DNA from: a virus
Taxonomy: Duplodnaviria > Caudoviricetes
Strand: one strand, 5' to 3'
Length of the DNA stretch: 38,469 nt
IMG/VR virus record: IMGVR_UViG_3300031184_000005
Span: 1-38,469 of that record
This document shows, in pieces, positions 1 to 7,758 of the stretch (its first letter is position 1; each line of letters begins with the position of its first letter). The notes below the pieces were generated by a model that saw nothing but the letters and a program-made list of their open reading frames with translations, searched no databases and was not told the origin of the DNA. Both the position numbers and the translations under genes were made by a program.

Positions 1-130
1 ATGCAGATCGCCACCACCCACCCCGCCGAGACCTGCCCCTACCCCGCGGGCTGCACCGGGTGCGCCCCCGGGCGACGCCCCGCCATCGGCACCCACGTCC
101 GCGTCGACTTACCCGAGACGCCCGCCAGCC
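1..130. repeat. Terminal direct repeat, left copy (assembly circularity overlap)
   Basis: 5-130 is identical to 38344-38469. Position 4 is C versus G at 38343. Confidence 0.95.
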
Positions 131-321
131 CCGCCGAGACCGTCTACGGGCAAGTCCACTTCCACTACCCCGACGGCATCGACATCCGCATCACCGTCGC
201 CGCCGACACCAGCGAAAAGGGCGACGTGTTCACCTGTTTCGACAGCGAGCAGGCCCGCGGCAAGGTCACCGTGACCGCCCTCGACGCCCTGCCCGCCGCC
301 GCCCACCGGTTGGTCCGATGA
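1..321 (+). CDS. Hypothetical protein, first gene of rightward early operon
   Basis: 106 aa ORF. On the circle its ATG (38340) lies 6 nt after a TAAGTT -10 box. ATGA overlap with next gene. Confidence 0.8.
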   Translation: MQIATTHPAETCPYPAGCTGCAPGRRPAIGTHVRVDLPETPASPAETVYGQVHFHYPDGIDIRITVAADTSEKGDVFTCFDSEQARGKVTVTALDALPAAAHRLVR

Positions 322-545
322 GCGGCTTCGATCCCGACGAGCTCGTCACCGCCCGCGTCATCGCCCAACGCAAGGGCTGCGACATCAACACGATCTACGT
401 GCGCCGCCACCGCGGGCAACTACCCGGCGAGCAGGTGGTGCACGGCCGGCTCGTGTGGCGCTGGGGCGACGTCGAAGGCCTCGACATAGCGCCCCGGGAA
501 ACCAGGGCCATCGGTCGCCCCCAGGCCGCGGACGGCGACCGGTGA
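318..545 (+). CDS. AlpA/excisionase-like HTH DNA-binding protein
   Basis: MSGFDPDELVTARVIAQRKGCDINTIYVRRHRGQLP...GRLVWRWGDV fits the MerR/Xis-type winged HTH pattern. Confidence 0.7.
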   Translation: MSGFDPDELVTARVIAQRKGCDINTIYVRRHRGQLPGEQVVHGRLVWRWGDVEGLDIAPRETRAIGRPQAADGDR

Positions 546-985
546 GCCTGTTCCGTCAGGGCCGCCGTGTCCCCCTCAACGTCTACGAGGGCGACGAGCC
601 GTGCTTCCAGGCCCACAGCCCCGAGGACGCCGCCCGGTTCGTTCACCTCCTGAACCTGGGGCAGCAGACGTTCGACCGGGCGCTCGCCGCAGAACGCCCC
701 CAGCCCGCGGGGGAGTACGTGCCCGCCCCGGTACCCGAGGACGAGCTCGTTGACCTCATGGGCGAACTGGAACGCTCAGTCGCAGACGCCAAGGCGTCAC
801 GGGAAGCCCGCCGTGCCCAGTTGGTGGCTGACTACGACGGCCTGTGCGTGGCCGAGGGCTGCCTGTTCCCCCACCTGACAGCCTGGGACGACGGAGAAGG
901 CCCGCTCCTGCTCTGTGAGCACCACGGCGATGAGCTGGCCGTGGGCTTCCCACTGAAGCCCGGGGCCCGAGAGGTGAGCAGGTGA
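542..985 (+). CDS. Hypothetical protein with a Ku C-terminal-like motif and Cys/His C-terminus
   Basis: GTGA-coupled start. Contains VDLMGELERSVADAK and LCEHHG. Confidence 0.7.
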   Translation: MSLFRQGRRVPLNVYEGDEPCFQAHSPEDAARFVHLLNLGQQTFDRALAAERPQPAGEYVPAPVPEDELVDLMGELERSVADAKASREARRAQLVADYDGLCVAEGCLFPHLTAWDDGEGPLLLCEHHGDELAVGFPLKPGAREVSR

Positions 986-1170
986 GCGACGTCCCCGACG
1001 CCCAAACCGAAGAACGGGACGGTCTTCTCGCTCGCCGGCTCCGGGTCTCGCCCGGGTCCCGCTACTACCCGACGTACGTGGCCCCGGTGCTCGACGACGG
1101 CACCATCGACGTGAGGGCGTGGTGCGCCGACCTCGACGACTGGTTCAACCAGGGACTGTCCGGTGGCTGA
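982..1170 (+). CDS. Hypothetical protein
   Basis: GAGGTG RBS and GTGA overlap; 62 aa. Confidence 0.65.
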   Translation: MSDVPDAQTEERDGLLARRLRVSPGSRYYPTYVAPVLDDGTIDVRAWCADLDDWFNQGLSGG

Positions 1171-1333
1171 CCTGCGTTGTGTCGGCGCGGACGCGGATGA
1201 CCCGCCCGACCCGTGCCCCGACCCCGTCGATGGGTGGTGGCGGGCGGTGCGCTGCCGGCTCGACTACCCGCTGTGTGAGCGGCACGGCCTGTTGATGGAA
1301 CGCACCGCGGGCTGGTGGCGAGTCTCGGCGTAA
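1163..1333 (+). CDS. Small Cys-rich hypothetical protein (not in ORF track)
   Basis: GTG..TAA, 56 aa: MADLRCVGADADDPPDPC...YPLCERHG. Fills the gap before the terminator. Confidence 0.55.
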   Translation: MADLRCVGADADDPPDPCPDPVDGWWRAVRCRLDYPLCERHGLLMERTAGWWRVSA

Positions 1334-1357
1334 CGTCCCTGCGTTCCCCAGCGTCTG

Positions 1358-1394
1358 CCGCCCTCGGCCCCGTCACCGTCGGGACCGAGGGCGG
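1358..1394. terminator. Hairpin between convergent operons (likely bidirectional terminator)
   Basis: ccgccctcggcccc...gggaccgagggcgg stem lies between convergent stops at 1333 and 1403. Confidence 0.65.
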
Positions 1395-1402
1395 TTGCGC
1401 GC

Positions 1403-2041
1403 TCAGGGCCGTGCGTCGATGTAGGCGTCGATGATGGCCCCGTGCTCGGGGCAGACGTGGTCGCCGGTCGCCCGCATGACGACATCGACGACGGCGTCGT
1501 CGTAGCCCTGCCCCCCGAGTCCGTCAGGCCCGTAGGCGACGCCCAGAGCGAGTGCGAGTAGCTCCCCGTCGGGGACGGCTGCGTCCGCTGCCACCACCTC
1601 GTCGAAGAGGGCGCACTCGGCCTCTGCGTAGGCCAGGAGGGCATCTACGACCGGGTCTCCTGGCGGGGGCATGAGGCCGGCTCGCAGGTCGCTACGGAAG
1701 GTCGCTGGCGCAGTGGTCGTGGTGCTGGCCCGTCCGGTGGCTTCGCAGGCGACCCCGTCGCCGTCCCGGTCGAGGTCGGCCGAGTAGCCCGGCTGACCGC
1801 GGCGGAGCGGGCCTGCGCCCGCGGCGCGGGCGTCACCGCAGTCGTCGAAGTTGACCACCGTCGTCGGCGGCGCCGGTAGCGGTGGACGTGTCGTCACCGT
1901 GGTGGCCACGGTCGTGCTCGTGGTGGGCCGCGGCCGGGTGGTGGTCGAACCTGACGTCGGCTCGTCTTCGTCACCGGAGCACGCGGCCAGGGCGAACACC
2001 AGAGCCAGGGCTGTAGTTGCGGCTGCGGTTCTGCGGGACAT
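1403..2041 (-). CDS. Lipoprotein with Excalibur Ca-binding domain
   Basis: AGGAG RBS, signal peptide with LAAC lipobox, Thr/Pro linker, and NFDDCGDARAAG...GQPGYSADLDRDGDGVACE (Excalibur consensus). Confidence 0.88.
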   Translation of the reverse strand: MSRRTAAATTALALVFALAACSGDEDEPTSGSTTTRPRPTTSTTVATTVTTRPPLPAPPTTVVNFDDCGDARAAGAGPLRRGQPGYSADLDRDGDGVACEATGRASTTTTAPATFRSDLRAGLMPPPGDPVVDALLAYAEAECALFDEVVAADAAVPDGELLALALGVAYGPDGLGGQGYDDAVVDVVMRATGDHVCPEHGAIIDAYIDARP

Positions 2042-2094
2042 GACGGTCTCCTGTGTCTCGGCTCTAGGGCGCGGCACCGCACCCTTAGCTTGGG

Positions 2095-2400
2095 TCATAG
2101 CTCGACGGGCTCGGGCAGGGGCACGAGCGCCCGCACGGTGTCTCGGAAGCGCAGGAACCCCTTCGGGCCGCCGAGCTTCCGCCTGTGGATCTCGTCGTGG
2201 CAGTCGGCGCAGATGACCACGACGTCCTCGGGGTGTTCGCCGTTGCCGCGCCCTCCGGTCGGGTAGCGCAGGTGGTGGGCGACGAGACGCACGTCGTCGC
2301 CGCCACGCAGGCAGCAGACGCAGTGGTCGGTGAGGGCGCGGCACTGGCGGGACCGTTCGGCCCAGAGTTGCGAGCGCTTCGGCATCCTTCTGCGGCTCAT
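2095..2400 (-). CDS. HNH endonuclease
   Basis: CVCC...VAHHLRY...GEHPEDVVVICADCHDEIH. Confidence 0.82.
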   Translation of the reverse strand: MSRRRMPKRSQLWAERSRQCRALTDHCVCCLRGGDDVRLVAHHLRYPTGGRGNGEHPEDVVVICADCHDEIHRRKLGGPKGFLRFRDTVRALVPLPEPVEL

Positions 2401-3092
2401 GCCTGCCCCCTGTGGATAACTTCGCCGGTGGGCCGCGCGCGCGGGTCACGTAGCCACTCTCGTGAGCTGGGAGGGCTTGCCGCGCGTCTCTGCGCGACCG
2501 GGGGTGTTCGGGGGAGAGTCGCTTCTCCCCCGGCCGGAGGGAGGGTCGGGTCGGGGCACGCGCCGCGTGAGTTTGCCGTGGCTGGTGGCTCTTGACCTGA
2601 GCCGCGCGCGCGACTGTCGAACGGAATCACGTCGGCGCCGTTCAGACCAGACGGCGCGACGCTGTGACCAGCACTTCCGTTGGCCCGTAAGGGGTGATTC
2701 GCCTCTTCATTTGGGGTGGTTTGCCCCTTGTGACCCTCGGTTCGCTTGGTCCCCAACTGCCCCTTATATAAGGGGTGATTCGCCTCTTGTGAGGGAGGCA
2801 GGTGGACGACCTCGCAGTAGACGAGCACGGTCACGCGGCCCGTGTGCCCGCGGGGGAAGTAGCACTCGATCAGGCCGGCGTCCTCCAGCGGCTTCAGCCG
2901 GGACGCGACGTTCTTGCGGTACAGGCCGACGACCTCGGCCAGGTCGGCCTGTGTGCCCGCCCAGACGCCTGTGCGGTGGTCGCACTCGTAGACGAGCGCC
3001 GTGAGTATCCACGCCTCGGTCGGGCCCAGCCGGTGGCGCTCCACGAGCGCTCGGAACCGACTGGTCCGGACGCCGACGAACCGTTCGGTCAC
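2397..3092 (-). CDS. Putative replication initiator (N-terminal winged HTH)
   Basis: Helix plus TQADLAEVVGLYRKNVASRLKPLEDAGLI HTH, followed by a low-complexity region with DNA repeats. Sits downstream of the XRE gene. Confidence 0.65.
   Translation of the reverse strand: MTERFVGVRTSRFRALVERHRLGPTEAWILTALVYECDHRTGVWAGTQADLAEVVGLYRKNVASRLKPLEDAGLIECYFPRGHTGRVTVLVYCEVVHLPPSQEANHPLYKGQLGTKRTEGHKGQTTPNEEANHPLRANGSAGHSVAPSGLNGADVIPFDSRARGSGQEPPATANSRGACPDPTLPPAGGEATLPRTPPVAQRRAASPPSSREWLRDPRARPTGEVIHRGQA
2688..2788. repeat. Iteron-like repeats / candidate origin of replication
   Basis: taaggggtgattcgcctctt at 2688-2707 and 2769-2788. Perfect palindrome ccccttatataagggg at 2760-2775. Locally AT-richer. 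Confidence 0.65.
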
Positions 3093-3316
3093 GACGCCAC
3101 CGAGGTGGCGTCATCCTCCATGGTGAACAGGGTGCCGACGCCGACGTCGTAGAGGTCGGCCATCCTGGCGAGCACGTCGGCCGGCGGCAGGATGCGGCCG
3201 CGCTCGTAGCCGGCGATGCTGGCGAAGCTGCGGCCGACAGCGACAGCGACCTGCTCTCTGGTGAGGCCGGCGGCCGACCGGGCATCGGTGAGCTTGGTGG
3301 GACTGAGGCGCTGCAC
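3089..3316 (-). CDS. XRE-family HTH regulator (Cro-like)
   Basis: GGAGG RBS; LTDARSAAGLTREQVAVAVGRSFASIAGYERGRILP is a classic HTH_3 pattern. Confidence 0.9.
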   Translation of the reverse strand: MQRLSPTKLTDARSAAGLTREQVAVAVGRSFASIAGYERGRILPPADVLARMADLYDVGVGTLFTMEDDATSVAS

Positions 3317-3335
3317 TGAGGTCCTCCCTCGGGAT

Positions 3336-3414
3336 CGAAGAGGCCCCCCGCCCGGCACACTCCCGCAAGCGGGTTGGCGACAGTTTCAGCGGGGGGCCTC
3401 TTCGTGTCAGCGTA
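3336..3414 (-). promoter_or_regulatory. -10 box followed by a structured 5' leader upstream of the XRE gene
   Basis: TACGCT (3409-3414, minus). Perfect 16-bp inverted repeat at 3336-3351/3389-3404 encloses a cccgcaagcggg sub-hairpin. Confidence 0.55.
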
Positions 3415-3420
3415 GCACAG

Positions 3421-3687
3421 TCAGGCAGGTTGAGCGTGCCAGCAGTCGACGCAGACGGACAGGTCCGGGCCCCGGTACCGCCGCGCCCGCGTGTTGAACA
3501 CCGGGACCATCCCCCGGAACTCGACCGACGGCCGCCCGCACGCCTGGCACAACCAGCCGACGTCGTCATGGGCCGGATGGGTGCGGGTCGCCTGCGCCCA
3601 CCCGTCGGGGCGCAGGTACGGCTCGTAACGGCGGTCACCCGCAGTCACGGCACGGCGGGCGAAGTCCTCCGACGGGCGGTCAGGCAT
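3421..3687 (-). CDS. Zn-ribbon hypothetical protein
   Basis: CQAC...CVDC; overlaps upstream gene. Confidence 0.6.
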   Translation of the reverse strand: MPDRPSEDFARRAVTAGDRRYEPYLRPDGWAQATRTHPAHDDVGWLCQACGRPSVEFRGMVPVFNTRARRYRGPDLSVCVDCWHAQPA

Positions 3688-3979
3688 CGTCCCTCAGCTT
3701 CGCCAGCTCCTCGGCGTAGAGGGCGTCGTACTCGGCCCTGTGGGCCTTCGCCAGGCGTGCCTTCGCCCGGTTGCTGGCCTTGGACCTCACGCGGGTGCGG
3801 GCGAGGTGGCAGGGCCGGCAGTATGGCGTCAGCCCGTCGTGGCGTGCGGCGTGCTCGTAGAACTCGCCGGCCGGCTTGGTCATGGCGCAGGCGGGGCACC
3901 GCTTGGTGTTCTCCGTCGAGGCGTCGAGCAAGCGGTCACGGAGCGCCGCCTGTTCCGGGGTCCAGTCGACGGCGCTCAC
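3680..3979 (-). CDS. Zn-finger protein (HNH/endonuclease VII N-terminal-like finger, no nuclease domain)
   Basis: KRCPACAMTKPAGEFY...DGLTPYCRPC followed by a basic helix. Confidence 0.7.
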   Translation of the reverse strand: MSAVDWTPEQAALRDRLLDASTENTKRCPACAMTKPAGEFYEHAARHDGLTPYCRPCHLARTRVRSKASNRAKARLAKAHRAEYDALYAEELAKLRDDA

Positions 3980-4317
3980 CGGTCGACCTCGGGCCAGATG
4001 TCGCCGATCCCGCGCCCGAGCGCGGTGGCGACCTTGTCGGCGGTCGACCAGTAGATGAACCCCGACCCGTGGCCGTGGCGCCACCGGCACACCGTCTCGC
4101 GGGCCACGTAGATCCGCTCGGCGAACGCCCCGTCGGTGTCTGCGCCCTGCAACGCGAGGAGCGGGGCGACCGGCAGCCGGGGCTTCTTCTCGGCCTCCCG
4201 GTAGTTGGCCTGGAACCAGCGCCGGCACGTCCTGCACTGGCGGGTCCTGGTCCCCGGCGCGACGTACGTGTTGGCGTCGTCCCAGGGGTGGCCCCACTTG
4301 CAGTGGGTGGCGGTCAC
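3976..4317 (-). CDS. DNA-binding protein: THCxxGH Zn finger plus HTH
   Basis: THCKWGHPW...NTY...RQCRTC, then HTH-like FAERIYVARETVCRWRHG...ADKVATALG...IWP. Confidence 0.7.
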   Translation of the reverse strand: MTATHCKWGHPWDDANTYVAPGTRTRQCRTCRRWFQANYREAEKKPRLPVAPLLALQGADTDGAFAERIYVARETVCRWRHGHGSGFIYWSTADKVATALGRGIGDIWPEVDR

Positions 4318-4415
4318 CACAGGACCACCAGTGCGATGACGGCGAGCGCGACCACCACGGCGGGCACTGTGACGCACCCGCCGTTCGGATTGCGCCGCCC
4401 ACCCCACCCGCTCAC
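4314..4415 (-). CDS. Small membrane protein
   Basis: 33 aa with hydrophobic C-terminus; GTGA-coupled on both sides. Confidence 0.5.
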   Translation of the reverse strand: MSGWGGRRNPNGGCVTVPAVVVALAVIALVVLW

Positions 4416-4525
4416 CGTCGCCCCCAGAGGATCACGCCGTCCTGGTGCTGGCCCGCGTGGCCCGCGCGCAGCTTGCACGTGTAGCGGTCCCAGCGGGCGC
4501 CGCACTGGCGAGCGAAGCGCTTCAC
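4412..4525 (-). CDS. Small Cys/His protein
   Basis: CGARWDRYTCKLRAGHAGQH motif; GTGA-coupled. Confidence 0.55.
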   Translation of the reverse strand: MKRFARQCGARWDRYTCKLRAGHAGQHQDGVILWGRR

Positions 4526-5004
4526 CGCAATGCCTCCCCGCTGGCGCCCAACAGGTGGATGCCATCCGCCAGCTCGTAGACCGCCCGACGGAGCCATCCC
4601 GCATCGGACGTGTCGCGGGCGGCCTCGACCACCTGGTCGGCGTTGACGACGATCGCCGCGGCCTGGTCGCGGGTCAGGACCGCCGAGTGGTCGTCGCCGC
4701 CCATCGGCTCGTACGCCTCGGTCATGATGTCGTCGCCCATCGGGAAGAACTCCCGCCCGCGGCCCGGGACGTCGATCGAGCGGACGCACCACTCGCCCGA
4801 CCGCAACGGCAGGAACCCGCGGGCCCCGTGGATGTGCAGGTCCCCGTGCCCCTGGTCGAGCGTCTCGCCGCCACCGAGGGTGACTGCTCTGGCGATCCAG
4901 CGGCGGCAGTGCTCGGTCCCGTCGTAGAAGACGGCGTCCACCACCGTGCGGCGGTGGGAGAACTGGCGCCACGCGTACGTGTCGGTGGTCTCAGACGGGC
5001 TCAT
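4522..5004 (-). CDS. Conserved phage hypothetical protein
   Basis: VVDAVFYDG...GEWCV...EFFPMGDDIMTEAYE resembles a widespread phage motif (VEA.QF.G...GEFYPCK.DIF..TYE). Confidence 0.65.
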   Translation of the reverse strand: MSPSETTDTYAWRQFSHRRTVVDAVFYDGTEHCRRWIARAVTLGGGETLDQGHGDLHIHGARGFLPLRSGEWCVRSIDVPGRGREFFPMGDDIMTEAYEPMGGDDHSAVLTRDQAAAIVVNADQVVEAARDTSDAGWLRRAVYELADGIHLLGASGEALR

Positions 5005-5821
5005 CGGTGGCCGCCTTCGCTCCGTGCTGCGCGGCGATCTCCGCCGCGGACACAGCCACAGCCGGGAACTCGTCGTCCACCCGCGTCTCCCGGGCCATGA
5101 TCGACTTGTACGAGATCGACAGGTTCGCCACGTCGTACGGCGTCCAGTCCGCCCGCGGCACCCCCACCTTCTCCTCGAGCTGGCCGACCTTCACACCGAG
5201 ACCGTCGAACCGTTCGATGGCGTCGGCGATCCGGCGGGGCAGGGCCACCCCGCCCCCGTGCTCGAGCGTGGCCCGGCACAGGGTGGTGGCGTCGTCGACG
5301 AGCCACGGCGGGAGGACTTTCTTGATCGCCTCGCGGACCCGGCGGCTGCCCTGGTTGGTCGTCAGCTCGTAGACGTCCCGGAGCTCCTTGAGTTCCTGGG
5401 CGCCGTCTTTGCGGTCGCGGAGGTGGGGGACGATGAACACGTGGGCGACGCGGGTGTTGGACTGGAGGTCCCACGCCCACGCCTGCATCTCGCTGATGCC
5501 CGCCGCGGAGTCGCGGCGTAGCTCGGTGAGGCCGTGGGTGATGTTGCCCCAGCAGCGGGCGAGCTCGACCATGAGGTGGACGGTGGGGCCGATGATGGTG
5601 GCGCCGCCTTTGCGGTACGAGTAGAAGGCGCGTTCGGCGACGATGTCGAGGCTGCAGGATTGGCGCATCTCGGCGATGGCGGCTTCTGGTTCGCGGCGGC
5701 AGGTTTTGGCGGCTTGGACCATGGAGACGACCTCGGCGACGGCGCGGGTCTGTTCGATGGCGGTGCCTTCGCTGGCGCCTTGGGGGACGGGCCAGGTGGT
5801 GGGCGTGGTGGTGTCGGTCAT
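4991..5821 (-). CDS. Putative single-strand annealing/recombination protein
   Basis: 276 aa with strong RBS, in the position of the SSAP partner next to a RecE-like nuclease. Function inferred from synteny. Confidence 0.55.
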   Translation of the reverse strand: MTDTTTPTTWPVPQGASEGTAIEQTRAVAEVVSMVQAAKTCRREPEAAIAEMRQSCSLDIVAERAFYSYRKGGATIIGPTVHLMVELARCWGNITHGLTELRRDSAAGISEMQAWAWDLQSNTRVAHVFIVPHLRDRKDGAQELKELRDVYELTTNQGSRRVREAIKKVLPPWLVDDATTLCRATLEHGGGVALPRRIADAIERFDGLGVKVGQLEEKVGVPRADWTPYDVANLSISYKSIMARETRVDDEFPAVAVSAAEIAAQHGAKAATDEPV

Positions 5822-6003
5822 GTGGCGGTCTCCTGGTTGCTGGCGATGGTCTCGTTGAGGGCGAGCAGGGCGTGACCGATGCCGCGGAGGGCGGTGAACA
5901 TGGCGGCATCGTGGTGGGACCAGTAGCCCATGCCGTGGCCGGGCCGGCTGAGGAAGTCGGCGGCCTTCTCTGCGTGGGTGGCGGTCTCGGCGGGTTCGCT
6001 CAC
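5818..6003 (-). CDS. Hypothetical protein
   Basis: 61 aa MSEPAETATH...; ATGA overlap with downstream gene. Confidence 0.6.
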   Translation of the reverse strand: MSEPAETATHAEKAADFLSRPGHGMGYWSHHDAAMFTALRGIGHALLALNETIASNQETAT

Positions 6004-6007
6004 AGGT

Positions 6008-6856
6008 TCACTCTCCGTACTGATTCTCGTACCAGGCGGGCAGCTGCAGGTGGGTGACGTCGTCGGCGAACCCGGGCCACACGTCGGTCTCGACGCACCT
6101 GGCGTAGGTGTTGATGGCCATGCGGTTGAGGGTGGCGCCGATGCGTTGGGCGACGTGGTCGAGCTCGACGACGTGGACGAGGTAGGGCGGGTCCTTCGCT
6201 TGGAAGACGAACACGAACCGGGCTTCGGGGCCGGCGATGTCGAGGGCTTCGCACCCGGCCCGGTACCAGTCGTCCTGGCAGGCGTAGCCGTGTGAGGCCG
6301 CGGCGCGGGCGAGGGCGTCGGTGTCGACGGCGGCGGCTGTCTTGTAGTCGGGGACGATGAGGCGCCCCCTGCCGCGGTCGGGGAGCCAGTCGAGGCGGGC
6401 CCGTCGCATGATCCCTGTGGGTGCGTCGCGCCACACGAGGGTCTGTTCGGGTTGGCCGTGGTCGGGGTCGAACAGCAGCGACGCGAACGGGTGGGCACGC
6501 AGGGCGTCGGCCATGGCGTGGACGGTCTCGTACTGGTGGCGGAGGAGGGGGACGGCGCCATGACGGCGCTCCTCTGCGGCCTCTTCCTTGGCCCGTTTGG
6601 TGCGCCAGTCCGCGGCGTCGATGGACACGATGGTGGGTCCGACGCCGAGCACGAGCTTGTGCGCGGCGTGCCCGATGTCGAAGTGCGCCTTCGGCTCCGG
6701 GGGGTTGTGCCGCTCCCACTGGAACAGGGCGGGGCAGCCGGGCGGGAGGAGCCGTCGGGCGCCGGAGGAGGAGAGGCTGCCGCCCTCGACGGGATCGGCG
6801 TGGTACTCGTCGGCCGTCATGTCGTATCGGCCCGGCTCGGTGATGAGGTCAGCCAA
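6008..6856 (-). CDS. RecE-like PD-(D/E)XK exonuclease (exonuclease VIII/DUF3799-like)
   Basis: EYHADP...LSSSGAR...GHAAH...EQTLVW...RARLDWL...IVPDYKT...YACQDDWY...FVFVFQAK.PPY. Confidence 0.85.
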   Translation of the reverse strand: MADLITEPGRYDMTADEYHADPVEGGSLSSSGARRLLPPGCPALFQWERHNPPEPKAHFDIGHAAHKLVLGVGPTIVSIDAADWRTKRAKEEAAEERRHGAVPLLRHQYETVHAMADALRAHPFASLLFDPDHGQPEQTLVWRDAPTGIMRRARLDWLPDRGRGRLIVPDYKTAAAVDTDALARAAASHGYACQDDWYRAGCEALDIAGPEARFVFVFQAKDPPYLVHVVELDHVAQRIGATLNRMAINTYARCVETDVWPGFADDVTHLQLPAWYENQYGE

Positions 6857-7169
6857 TGTCAGGACCCGTCGGGTCGACGAATCCCAGGCACGGGCAGTCG
6901 CCGAAGTCGTCGCCAGTGGTCCGGACGCAGGCGCCGTCCTGTGGCAGGTGGGCCGCCTTCACGTGCTTGCAGGCCACGCAGATCTGGTCACCGGCGAAGT
7001 CGCCGCGGGCGATCGGGCCGTTGATGCGCCGCGCCATGTTCCCGGCGGCCAGGAGTTGGTGGGCGGCTTCGTCGCATTCGGCCCAGGGGATCTCGTCGCA
7101 GGTCGAGCGGACGATGGCCAGCCCGCGGGTCGGCGACCACTCAACGGTGAAGTAGTCGGGGGCGCTCAC
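6849..7169 (-). CDS. Hypothetical protein with Cys-rich C-terminus
   Basis: CVACKH...H...C...CPCLGF motif; GTGA-coupled. Confidence 0.6.
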   Translation of the reverse strand: MSAPDYFTVEWSPTRGLAIVRSTCDEIPWAECDEAAHQLLAAGNMARRINGPIARGDFAGDQICVACKHVKAAHLPQDGACVRTTGDDFGDCPCLGFVDPTGPDIG

Positions 7170-7567
7170 GGCCCCTCCGTCTCGACGGCCAGGTCGAGCA
7201 TCGCCTGGCGGACGGCGTTCAGGAACACCGCCATGACCTCGCCGGTCCACCGGCGAGTCGTGGCCCCGCTGGAGCGGTTCGCCCACTTCTCGGCGGCGTA
7301 CCCCCCGTCGAGCCGCTGACGGCGCCACTCGTAGCCCCCACCGAACCCGGCGCACAGGGTGACCCAGTAGTAGCGGCCCTGACGGGGTTCGCCGTAGGCC
7401 CACTCGATGTCCGGGCAGGTGATGGCGATGCGATACTCCGTCATGTCGCCGGGGGCGAGCCTGACTAGGGCGTGGCCGGTGGACGCCAGCGTCTCGGCGG
7501 TCCAAGCGGCCGCTGCGTTGATGTGGTCGTGGTCGAGCTGGGCGGCCCTGTCCTCGAAGACGGTCAC
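7166..7567 (-). CDS. Hypothetical protein
   Basis: AAGGAG RBS; GTGA-coupled. Confidence 0.65.
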   Translation of the reverse strand: MTVFEDRAAQLDHDHINAAAAWTAETLASTGHALVRLAPGDMTEYRIAITCPDIEWAYGEPRQGRYYWVTLCAGFGGGYEWRRQRLDGGYAAEKWANRSSGATTRRWTGEVMAVFLNAVRQAMLDLAVETEGP

Positions 7568-7758
7568 GTGGGCTGCTCCTTGCGGTTGGCGGCGTAGGCC
7601 TCGATATCGACGCGGCGCCACTTGCGGCGGCGCACGGCGTCGGTCGTGGCCGGGGCGGGGAAGCTCTTCTGGCGGGAGAGCTGGTCAGCCCGCGTGGGGG
7701 TCACGGCGAGGATGCGGGCGGCCTCGTAGATCCCGATGGTGGGTTCGTCGGTGGACAT
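7564..7758 (-). CDS. AlpA/excisionase-like HTH DNA-binding protein
   Basis: IGIYEAARILAVTPTRADQLSRQKSFPAP...KWRRVDIEAYA. Confidence 0.8.
   Translation of the reverse strand: MSTDEPTIGIYEAARILAVTPTRADQLSRQKSFPAPATTDAVRRRKWRRVDIEAYAANRKEQPT

Noticed and set aside
2095-2400. HNH as a cos-packaging accessory nuclease
   Set aside because: It is not adjacent to the terminase genes and no cos site was recognised.
3430-5100. 556-aa plus-strand ORF and other long antisense ORFs (e.g. 27672-29438, 15033-16559, 32000-33364)
   Set aside because: Shadow ORFs typical of high-GC DNA, opposite well-supported minus-strand genes; Arg/Pro/Gly-rich with no motifs.
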